Source: an uncultured Acidobacteriota bacterium (lineage in GTDB: Bacteria; Acidobacteriota; JAAYUB01). From it: DNA of 64,000 bases. The position numbers and the translations under genes are program-made. The notes beneath the pieces were generated by a model, which worked only from the letters and a program-made list of their open reading frames with translations, did not search any database and was not told the origin of the DNA. Within the stretch, counting starts at the first letter, position 1. Each line of letters begins with the position of its first letter. Location of the stretch: positions 2,212-66,211 of the forward strand of contig CAYTBK010000006.1 in the NCBI GenBank assembly GCA_964436005.1, read 5' to 3'. Shown in pieces: positions 57,200 to 64,000 of this stretch.

Positions 57200-59287
57200 C
57201 TACGGCACCGGCGTGCGCTCCGCCGGCGTCAGGGTCTTTTCCATGGTCACCGCCTTCTCGGCGGCGTGCAGGTCCTTTTCCAGCTGGGCCGCCTCGGTTT
57301 GCAGGGTCTTGCGTTCCTTGTCGAGCAGGTCGAGCTTCCCCTCGATGACGTCCAGCTTGGCCACGTAGCGCTGGACTAGGGGCTTGGCCTCGGCCGACTC
57401 GGCCACTTCCTTGACGCCGTCCTGCAGCTTTTCCCGCTCGTTGTCCAGCTCCTGCCGTTCCCCCTCCAGGACTTCGAGCCGAAGGCGGATGGTTTCCTGG
57501 CGGGCCTTGACCTCCACGATCCGCTCCAGTGCCCGCCGGGTGGCTTCGTCGATGTAATTCTTGGAGAGAAAGAATTTGATGTCGTCGGAAGTGACGTCGG
57601 AGATCTTGTAGACGTCCATCATGGGGCCGCTCACCGGGACCAGCAGTTCCGTCTTCTGACGGGGGGCCAGCTCAAGCCGGAAGAGGAAGGCCGCGGGGGC
57701 GACGGTGACCGGGGTGGCGGCGCCCGGGCCCAGCACCCAGCTCGTCCCTTTCCGGGGGTGGCTGACGTAGACGACGCGGGGGCGGTCGGTGGGGTTTTCC
57801 AGGGCGTAGGTCCACCGCTCGGCCCGGTTGTAGTAGACCTTGACCTCCCCTTCGAGGGCCTTGGCCAGGAACGCCGGCTCGTTGGAGTCCTTCATGGTGG
57901 AAGAGACCAGGGTGGTGGGGTCCTGGGAGAAAAAGAGGAAGATCCTGTCGTCGGGGTTGAATTTGGCCATGGCGGTCTCCCCGGCGAAGGCGTCGCCCTC
58001 GTAGACGACCACGGTGCCCCCCTCCAGCGGCACGGAGGTGGTGTTGCGCACCCGGAGCCCTGAGGCGGGATGGCCGTTGACGCCCGGGCCGGCAATGGAC
58101 ACCCGTTCGCCTTCCAGCGCGGCCTGGAAGACGGGGATCTGGGCGGTCTGCCGCGGCCCGATGCGCACCGGGTGGTCCATGCGGTACTCGTAGAGGTCGC
58201 CCAACTGGCCGGTGCGGGTGTTGGCGCTCACCCCGGCCTCCCCGCCGGCCACGGCGTCGCTGACGGTGGTTTCCTTCGTGTCTGCCGCCACCGCCGGGGA
58301 GGCCGCCCGGACGCCGATGGCGGACGAAAAGTTCGAGGCGTTGGAAACCCCGTCCAGCTGGAATTCCCTTCCCCGCGACCGGGCGGGCTGGGCCCGCGAG
58401 GGCAGCGGCTGGACGGAATTGGCGGGCGAGCCGGAAACCAGGGTGACCCAGACGCTGTCCCAGGACTCGTCGGTGTGGTTTTCCACGGCGGCCCAACCCT
58501 GCAGGAACGGCTTGCCCTCCCCGTCCAGGGCCAGCCGGTAGTTGGTGCTCCAGACCGGCGCGGCGGCGATGTAGCTCACCACCAGTTCCCGGGTCCCGCT
58601 TCCCTCGGAGCTGACCACCACGGTGCGCAGGTCCTGGCTGACGTCCTTGCGCCGCAGGATGGACTTGGCCTTGGCGAATTGCCGGATGTCCGAGCGGACC
58701 CCCTCGTCCAGCACCTTCAGGGACTGGATGGCCGGGAGCTCCACCGAGGCCATCTCTCCGTCGTCCCCGGCGACGACCACCTTCTGGACGACGCGGGTCT
58801 CCTCCTTGCTGGTCAGGGTGTTCTGCTCGACGCAGAGCAGCACGCCCGTCACCGTCCGCCCGGCGCCGACCAGCGACACCCGCGCGCCCTGGAGCTGGGC
58901 GAGGATCCCCAGCAGACCGCCGGCGGGCTCGTTCCGCCCGATGCCTTCCGGGATGGAGAGGGGCAGCCCGTTCGGGCCGGCCGTGGCCGTTTCCGCCATG
59001 TCGCGGCTCACGGCGCCGATGCGGCCCTGGCCGAGGTCGAGGACCAGCAGGGAGCGCATGACGTCCTGGACCTGGAATTCCGGGACCTGCAGACGGATCT
59101 CGGCGTTGCCCGTCACCTGGCCGCGCCGTTCGAAGTAGCCGACGCCGTTGCGGTACAGCACCACGCGGTGCATGGGGAGGGCCTGGACGGTCCAGCCCGC
59201 CGCGGGCGCCGCCGCCGGCTGGGCGGGGGTGGCGGAGCACAAGGCGGCCAGCAGGGCGATGGCGCCGGGGAGGAATGCTCTTTTCAT
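57200..59287 (-). CDS. Secreted DUF4139/DUF4140-like (mucoidy-inhibitor MuiA-like) protein with C-terminal coiled coil
   Basis: Signal peptide; N-terminal VVLYRNGVGYFERRG; family call tentative. Confidence 0.5.
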   Translation of the reverse strand: MKRAFLPGAIALLAALCSATPAQPAAAPAAGWTVQALPMHRVVLYRNGVGYFERRGQVTGNAEIRLQVPEFQVQDVMRSLLVLDLGQGRIGAVSRDMAETATAGPNGLPLSIPEGIGRNEPAGGLLGILAQLQGARVSLVGAGRTVTGVLLCVEQNTLTSKEETRVVQKVVVAGDDGEMASVELPAIQSLKVLDEGVRSDIRQFAKAKSILRRKDVSQDLRTVVVSSEGSGTRELVVSYIAAAPVWSTNYRLALDGEGKPFLQGWAAVENHTDESWDSVWVTLVSGSPANSVQPLPSRAQPARSRGREFQLDGVSNASNFSSAIGVRAASPAVAADTKETTVSDAVAGGEAGVSANTRTGQLGDLYEYRMDHPVRIGPRQTAQIPVFQAALEGERVSIAGPGVNGHPASGLRVRNTTSVPLEGGTVVVYEGDAFAGETAMAKFNPDDRIFLFFSQDPTTLVSSTMKDSNEPAFLAKALEGEVKVYYNRAERWTYALENPTDRPRVVYVSHPRKGTSWVLGPGAATPVTVAPAAFLFRLELAPRQKTELLVPVSGPMMDVYKISDVTSDDIKFFLSKNYIDEATRRALERIVEVKARQETIRLRLEVLEGERQELDNEREKLQDGVKEVAESAEAKPLVQRYVAKLDVIEGKLDLLDKERKTLQTEAAQLEKDLHAAEKAVTMEKTLTPAERTPVP

Positions 59288-59399
59288 GACGGACCTCTCT
59301 GCGGAAGGATGCGGGGATGGGCGCGGGCGCCGGACCCGTGGCGATGGAAATCGGGAAACGATACCTTCTGCCGGCCTGGATTGTCAAAACAATGTTGCG

Positions 59400-59800
59400 A
59401 ATAACGCCGGGCGTCGGGACGCGCCGCGCCTCCGGCAGGGCGCCCGTAGGCGCCGGGCGCCGCCCGGCGCACCCGCGTTCCGTGCCGTCGCGCCGAAGCC
59501 GCAGGCCAGGAGTGCGGCGCGCAGCATCGCTGCGGCCCCCGGGCCGCCGGCATCTTGCCGGCATCCGCACCAGAGAACGTCGCTTGGCCTTGGGCCGGCT
59601 GGAAGCCGGCGGTCCGCGGGTGCGCTTTCCGGCGGAAGGCGCCTCCGGCAGACTTCGTAGGCGCCTTGCGCGGCAAGGCGCACCCCCGTTCCGCGTTGTT
59701 GCGCAAGGTGAGCTGTGCGCCGGGGGGGCTGCCCGAAGGTGCGCCTTCCGGCGGAAGGCGCCTCCGGCAGACTTCGCCGGGCGCCGCCCGCCCTGCCCGC
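59400..59800. repeat. GC-rich palindromic repeat block B, related to block A; bounds approximate
   Basis: Segments 59543-59624 and 59656-59770 match block A; extra copy of GGCGCCTTCCGGCGGAAGGCGCC hairpin at ~59617-59650. Confidence 0.7.
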
Positions 59801-59873
59801 CGTCTCTCACGTCCGCATTAAATATAATGAATTCAGTGAGTAATAAATTCATCAGGCGGGGTGAAAAAAGTTC

Positions 59874-59902
59874 TTGACTACGAAATATATTTGGCCATAA
59901 TG
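59874..59902 (+). promoter_or_regulatory. Sigma-70-like promoter TTGACT-N16/17-cATAATg
   Basis: Read from sequence, 20 nt upstream of ArsR RBS. Confidence 0.45.
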
Positions 59903-59908
59903 CCAAAT
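59889..59908. promoter_or_regulatory. Inverted repeat ATTTGGC-cataat-GCCAAAT overlapping the -10 element; candidate ArsR/SmtB operator
   Basis: Perfect 7-bp arms; typical autoregulatory geometry for ArsR-family repressors. Confidence 0.45.
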
Positions 59909-59922
59909 TGTTGGAGGTCGCG

Positions 59923-60219
59923 ATGCCGGACAATTTCTCGTACCAGTCGAAAGCAGCCGTTCTGAAAGCCATGGCCCACCCCAGCCGCCTGATGATGATC
60001 GACGCCCTGGCCAACGGCGAACGGTGCGTCTGCGAACTGCAGAAGGTGGTGGGGGCCGACATGTCCACCGTCTCCAAGCACCTGACGGTCATGAAATCGG
60101 CCGGCCTGGTGACCGACCGGAAAGTCGGCCTGCAGGTGTTCTACCGCCTGCGCTGCCCCTGCATCCTGAAGTTTTTCGGCTGCGTGGAGGCCGTGCTCGA
60201 GGAAGACTCCCGCAAGTGA
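59923..60219 (+). CDS. ArsR/SmtB family transcriptional repressor with As(III)-type CVC motif
   Basis: HPSRLMMIDALANGERCVCELQKVVGADMSTVSKHLTVMKSAGLV; GGAGG RBS 59913-59917; track start 59908 is TTG. Confidence 0.8.
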   Translation: MPDNFSYQSKAAVLKAMAHPSRLMMIDALANGERCVCELQKVVGADMSTVSKHLTVMKSAGLVTDRKVGLQVFYRLRCPCILKFFGCVEAVLEEDSRK

Positions 60220-60310
60220 GGGGTCTTTTTTTTCGCCTATAAATTGGCAATTTGGGAATATAGACAATAATAACCTGATCAGGGTGTTGAACAATAAAAG
60301 GAGAAATGAC

Positions 60311-60568
60311 ATGGATGAGAAAACCAAGGAATTGATCGCCGTCGGCGTGTCGGTGGGCGTGCACTGCCAGCCGTGCCTGGAATACCACGTGAACAAGGCC
60401 CGGGAACTCGGGAACTCGGACGGGGAAATCCGGGAGGCCATCGAAGTGGGCCACCAGGTGGAAAAGGGTGCGGCGGCGGCCATCCAGAAGCTCGAGAGCA
60501 AGCTCCTGGCGCCGACCTGCCAGGCGGGCTCGTGCTGCACCACGAGCAAGGCCTCCTGCTGCTCGTAA
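60311..60568 (+). CDS. AhpD-core/carboxymuconolactone-decarboxylase-family small protein with C-terminal Cys-rich tail (CCTTSKASCCS)
   Basis: CxxCxxxH core HCQPCLEYH; AGGAG RBS; start MDEKTKEL. Confidence 0.6.
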   Translation: MDEKTKELIAVGVSVGVHCQPCLEYHVNKARELGNSDGEIREAIEVGHQVEKGAAAAIQKLESKLLAPTCQAGSCCTTSKASCCS

Positions 60569-60683
60569 AGACGACCGGATCCGCCCGGCGGCGCCGCTGC
60601 CGGGCGGACCCTATCGGTGACGGAGGGAAAAGGCTGCTGTTCGTTTCGGCGCCCTCGATCCGCAAACCGGAAAGGAGATAAAA

Positions 60684-60929
60684 ATGGAAATACTCGTTTT
60701 AGGAACCGGCTGCGCCAGGTGCGACACGCTGCTGGCCAACGTCCAGGCGGCGGTGGCGCTGTCGGGCGTCGCGGCGACCGTGAGGAAAATCAGCGACATC
60801 AAGGAGATCGTGAAATTCCGGATCCTGATGACTCCGGGCCTGGTCGTCGACGGGGTCGTGAAGGCCGCCGGGCGGGTCCCGAAACCGGAAGAGATCGGCC
60901 AGTTCATCGCCGAAGCGGGAGGTCGCTGA
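60684..60929 (+). CDS. Small thioredoxin-fold protein (redox-active disulfide protein 2-like, CxxC)
   Basis: MEILVLGTGCARCDTL; AAAGGAGA RBS. Confidence 0.7.
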   Translation: MEILVLGTGCARCDTLLANVQAAVALSGVAATVRKISDIKEIVKFRILMTPGLVVDGVVKAAGRVPKPEEIGQFIAEAGGR

Positions 60930-60930
60930 C

Positions 60931-61308
60931 ATGGGGGAAAAACAACCGGGACTCATCATGTGCGTCTGCACGGGGAAGTGCCCTGGCTTCTCCAAGATGG
61001 ACATCTGGGATTTCGTCAACCGGGTGCGCGTGGAACTGCCCGTGGCGTACGCCTTCATCCACCCGCAGCTGTGCGAGGAGGACGGCGATCGCTTCCTGGC
61101 CGACCTGCTCCGGGCCGGGCGCCCGGTGGTCATCGCCGGCTGCGCCCCCAACATGCAGATCAAGCTGTTCCGGGACGCCTTCGCCGGGGCCGGCCTGGAC
61201 GTGAAGACGGACCTGACCCCGCTGGACGTCCGGGACATGACCACCGACGAGGCTTTCCGGAAGGTTTCGGAGGCCCTGGAGAAAATCGGGGAGGCGGACC
61301 ATGCCTGA
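60931..61308 (+). CDS. Cys-rich protein resembling MvhD/FlpD-type iron-sulfur subunit (tentative)
   Basis: GLIMCVCTGKCPGF...AGCAPN; starts 2 nt after previous stop. Confidence 0.4.
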   Translation: MGEKQPGLIMCVCTGKCPGFSKMDIWDFVNRVRVELPVAYAFIHPQLCEEDGDRFLADLLRAGRPVVIAGCAPNMQIKLFRDAFAGAGLDVKTDLTPLDVRDMTTDEAFRKVSEALEKIGEADHA

Positions 61309-61591
61309 CGACACCTTCATGGGGGTCAAGCGGGAGAAGATCCCCTGGTACCCCACCATCGACTACGACAAGTGCGACTTCTGCATGGAGTGCGACAAGT
61401 TCTGCCCGCACCGGGTGTTCGAGCGCCGGGAGGGGCCACGGAAACTGGTGGTGGCCAACCCCAACAACTGCGTCGTTTTCTGCCGGGCCTGCGCCAAGAC
61501 CTGCGGGCCCGAGGCCCTGTCCTTCCCCGTGAAGGCGGAGACCATCGCCCGCATCAAGAAAATCCGCGAGGAAGAAGAGGAGGAGGCATGA
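61301..61591 (+). CDS. 4Fe-4S ferredoxin-type protein
   Basis: CDFCMECDKFCP and CVVFCRACAKTCGPE cluster motifs; poly-Glu tail. Confidence 0.7.
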   Translation: MPDDTFMGVKREKIPWYPTIDYDKCDFCMECDKFCPHRVFERREGPRKLVVANPNNCVVFCRACAKTCGPEALSFPVKAETIARIKKIREEEEEEA

Positions 61592-62436
61592 AGCCGGCCA
61601 TCCTGCCCTGCAACGGTCTGGACAAGCCCCTGGGGCCGCTCGCGCGCGAGCTCGCCCTGGCCCTGGCGGCGGAGACGGGCGGCGAGCTCGTCTGCCCGGT
61701 CCTGCTCAACCAAGCCCCCGACCGGTACCGGGAAATCCTGGCCGCCTCGCCGCTGACCGTGGTGGACGGCTGCGCCACCCGCTGCGCTTCCAAACTGGCG
61801 GCCCGGCTCGGCTGCAAACCGGACCGCAAGGTCTTCCTGCCGGACCGGCTGAAGGAAGCGGGGGAGGCGCCGGAACGAGGCCTGACGCCCGGCCCCCGGG
61901 CCCTGGCGTTCGCCCTCCAGGAGGCTCGCCGGCTGGCGGCCGAACCCCTGGCCTCCGCTGCCGCCCGGGAAGAAGTCGCTTTCCCGGCCCCGGCGGAGTT
62001 TCGGCAGGTCGAGGAGGGCAAGTACGTCTTCCGTTTCCCCGCCGCGGGCTTCCTGTTCAACGAGAACGACTGCTGGGCCCAGGTGGTGGGTGGACGGGCC
62101 CGCGTGGGCGTTTCCGATTTTGTCCAGCAGAACCTTACGGACATCCTGTACTTCGACCCGCCGGAGGCGGGCGCCGTCGTCGAGCAGTTCGGCGAGCTGG
62201 GGACGGTGGAGTCCTCCAAGGCGGTCCTGGAGATCGTCTCGCCCGTGAGCGGGCGGGTGGTCGCCGTCAACGGGGAACTCAAGGACAAGCCGGAACTGGT
62301 CAACGAGGACCCGTACGGGAAGGGGTGGATCGCCGAGCTCGAGTTGACGGCCTTTGCGGAGGACCGTACGTTCCTGCTGGAAGCGGAGGCCTACGCCAGC
62401 CTCGTCCAGGGCAAGGCGGCGGCTGCGGCGAAGTAG
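61588..62436 (+). CDS. DGC-domain (putative Zn-binding) protein fused to GcvH-like lipoyl-binding (glycine-cleavage H) domain
   Basis: Start MKPAILPCNG at 61588 (ATGA overlap with ferredoxin stop); TVVDGCATRCA DGC motif; C-terminus VGVSDFVQQNLTDILYFDPPEAGAVVEQFGELGTVESSKAVLEIVSPVSGRVVAVNGELKDKPELVNEDPYGKGWIAELE matches GcvH including the lipoyl-Lys position. Confidence 0.7.
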   Translation: MKPAILPCNGLDKPLGPLARELALALAAETGGELVCPVLLNQAPDRYREILAASPLTVVDGCATRCASKLAARLGCKPDRKVFLPDRLKEAGEAPERGLTPGPRALAFALQEARRLAAEPLASAAAREEVAFPAPAEFRQVEEGKYVFRFPAAGFLFNENDCWAQVVGGRARVGVSDFVQQNLTDILYFDPPEAGAVVEQFGELGTVESSKAVLEIVSPVSGRVVAVNGELKDKPELVNEDPYGKGWIAELELTAFAEDRTFLLEAEAYASLVQGKAAAAAK

Positions 62437-62550
62437 GCGCCCGCCGGAAGGGGGAAGGATTCCTCGCACGGAGGCACAGGGGCACAGCGGGAGAACGGGA
62501 CCGGGCTGGAAATGCAGGAAGAAAACTAAAGATGTAAAAAGGTGTTCGCA

Positions 62551-62949
62551 ATGGAAGACAGACCGAAAACACTGGTGGTACCCTGCAGCGGCATCGGCAA
62601 GGTGCAGGGTCTGCTCAGCCGCGAAGTCGCCTTCGAACTCGCCGGGCGGCGCGGCCCGGAGGCGTTCGAGACCCTCTGCCTGGCCCTCCTGGTCACGGGC
62701 GACGGGGAGGCGCGGGAGAAGGTCCAAAACTCGCCCTGCGTCACGGTGGACGGATGCCCCAAGCTCTGCGCCTGCCGGAACGTGGAGCTGGCGGGCGGCC
62801 GGGTCGAACGGGCGGTGAAGGTGGTGGACGCCATGAAGGCCCACCGCGGGATGAACGCCGGCACCGCCACGGCCCTGACGGAAGAGGGCTGGCGATTGGT
62901 GACGGAGATGGCCGACGACATCGTCGCCGCGGCGACGAAGGACCGTTGA
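62551..62949 (+). CDS. DGC-domain protein (paralog 2)
   Basis: LVVPCSGIGK...CVTVDGCPKLCA; AAGGTG RBS. Confidence 0.65.
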   Translation: MEDRPKTLVVPCSGIGKVQGLLSREVAFELAGRRGPEAFETLCLALLVTGDGEAREKVQNSPCVTVDGCPKLCACRNVELAGGRVERAVKVVDAMKAHRGMNAGTATALTEEGWRLVTEMADDIVAAATKDR

Positions 62950-62959
62950 GGGAGACGCC

Positions 62960-63646
62960 ATGGTGGAAATCCAGAGAAAAGTGGGCCTCGTCGCCTGCAG
63001 CGGGGAGGAACTCCCCGAGGGTACGGTCTCGCGCAACGCGGTCCGGCGCGTGCTGGAGCACCTGCGGCCGGGGCGGACCGTGACCATCTGCCTGCCGCTC
63101 TTCCTGGCCGGCGGCGAGGAGGAGCGGAACTTCGCCCGTAACCACCCCACCATCGCCGTGGACGGGTGCGCCAAGCGGTGCGCGCAGCGGGGCACGGAAA
63201 TGCACAGCGGGCCGGTGAGCGCGTCGCTGGTGGTGACGGACATCCTGGGCGGGCCGGCAGCCGGCTGCGCCCGGTCCTCCCGCCGGGCCGGGGAGGCCGA
63301 CACCGCGGCGGCCTGGGCGGTGGCCGACCGCATCGCCGCCGAGGTGGACGCTTTGCTGGAAGGCGCCCCGGGCGAAGCGGGGCCGGCGGGCGGCGCCGAC
63401 GCCGGCTGCGCCTGCACGCGGCCGCTGCCGGGCCTGGCGGTGAGCATAGGCGGGCGGTCGGTGACCATCGACGGGCTGAGCCTGATCTTTGGCCAGTTGG
63501 CCGAAGACGGTGTCTCGACGGACGACTCTTCGGCCGAAGCCGTCCTGGAGCGGGTGAAGATCTACCACCCCGTCCCGGCGGAAGAGAATGACGAATACCG
63601 CGGCGCCCTGCTCGGCGCCTACAGGGAATACAGGAGGAATCGATGA
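62960..63646 (+). CDS. DGC-domain protein (paralog 3) with extended Ala/Gly-rich C-terminal region
   Basis: LVACSGEEL...TIAVDGCAKRCA; GGGAGA RBS. Confidence 0.65.
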   Translation: MVEIQRKVGLVACSGEELPEGTVSRNAVRRVLEHLRPGRTVTICLPLFLAGGEEERNFARNHPTIAVDGCAKRCAQRGTEMHSGPVSASLVVTDILGGPAAGCARSSRRAGEADTAAAWAVADRIAAEVDALLEGAPGEAGPAGGADAGCACTRPLPGLAVSIGGRSVTIDGLSLIFGQLAEDGVSTDDSSAEAVLERVKIYHPVPAEENDEYRGALLGAYREYRRNR

Positions 63647-64000
63647 GGAAGAATTGGTGGAAAGTTGTCGTGGTGGTCGTTCTCGCGGCCGCGATCGGGA
63701 TCGTCGTCGCCAACAAGAACCAGGCGGTGAAGGCCGAGGAGAAGGCTTCTGCGCACGCGGCGCCCGCCCCGGCGGCCCAGGAGCGGAAACTGCCCCGGCT
63801 GGTGGATCTCGGGGCGAAAAAGTGCATTCCCTGCAAGATGATGATGCCGATCCTCGACGAACTGGCGAAGGAGTTCCAGGGGAAACTGGCGGTGGAGTTC
63901 ATCGACGTCTGGCAGAACCCCGACGCCGGGGACAAGTACGGCATCCAGAGCATCCCCACCCAGATCTTCTACGACGCCGAGGGCAAGGAATTCTTCCGCC
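63643..64000 (+). CDS. Membrane-anchored thioredoxin-like protein (TlpA/ResA-like, CIPC active site), C-terminus beyond window
   Basis: N-terminal TM helix then LPRLVDLGAKKCIPCKMMMPILDELAKEF; AGGAGG RBS; ATGA overlap with previous stop. Confidence 0.75.
   Translation, partial: MRKNWWKVVVVVVLAAAIGIVVANKNQAVKAEEKASAHAAPAPAAQERKLPRLVDLGAKKCIPCKMMMPILDELAKEFQGKLAVEFIDVWQNPDAGDKYGIQSIPTQIFYDAEGKEFFR

Noticed and set aside
56880-57368. ORFs 56880..57368 (+), 59284..59706 (-), 59555..59821 (+), 57672..60092 (-)
   Set aside because: Translations of the palindromic GC-rich repeats (recurring AFRRKAP = GCGCCTTCCGGCGGAAGGCGCC) or alternative frames of the DUF4139-like gene

Overview
This window is high-GC (about 65-70%) and gene-dense, with no rRNA, CRISPR array, integrase or transposase. 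The gene content (tungsten-type aldehyde:ferredoxin oxidoreductase, two sigma-54 enhancer-binding proteins, many GGAGG-type ribosome-binding sites (RBS)) suggests a Gram-negative anaerobe such as a Desulfobacterota-like deltaproteobacterium. Gene calls below come from my own reading of the six-frame track and the sequence; long antisense ORFs, which are common at this GC content, are listed under noticed_but_rejected.

Layout, start to end:
- 1..11727, minus strand: one long co-directional operon with 4-nt ATGA start/stop overlaps. It has two ABC ATPase + ABC-2 permease pairs, then five glycosyltransferase genes (GT2, GT2-like, GT2-like, a GT4-GT2 fusion, GT4). After those comes a 36-aa translationally coupled small ORF, then an open-ended gene that I translated myself because the track does not list it. 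That gene reads PqqD/RRE-like N-terminus + GT2 domain + Pro/Gly linker + ABC ATPase domain and runs off the window start.
- 11728..12445: a roughly 720-bp promoter region carrying six direct copies of the 12-mer GGGTGTCCATGA.
- 12446..39400: secreted hydrolases, a GAF-PAS sigma-54 activator, two ABM-domain paralogs each preceded by a near-identical sigma-54 -24/-12 box, an envelope cluster (DUF202, lipoprotein, outer-membrane barrels, DUF2252, MscS, GH63-like, OmpA-like) and an Omp85 C-terminal remnant.
- 39428..39516: tRNA-Leu(CAA), minus strand.
- 39600..56737: an aldehyde:ferredoxin oxidoreductase (AOR) and ferredoxin pair, GNAT, PilZ, a consensus sigma-70 promoter driving a 34-aa lysine-rich small ORF, RNase III, a bifunctional GT2-methyltransferase, and an ABC-ATPase + histidine kinase + sigma-54 response regulator operon.
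- 56795..59800: a DUF4139-like secreted protein flanked on both sides by related GC-rich palindromic repeat blocks.
- 59874..64000: an ArsR-type repressor (CVC motif) with an inverted repeat over its own -10. It heads a cysteine-rich redox cluster: AhpD-like protein with a Cys-rich tail, small thioredoxin, MvhD/FlpD-like protein, ferredoxin, three DGC-domain paralogs (one fused to a GcvH-like lipoyl domain) and a TlpA-like thioredoxin.

The two strongest candidates for an undescribed system are the small ORF + RRE-GT2-ABC fusion sitting in a six-GT-domain, three-ATPase locus (a possible glycosylated-peptide pathway) and the ArsR-controlled triple-DGC/GcvH redox cluster.
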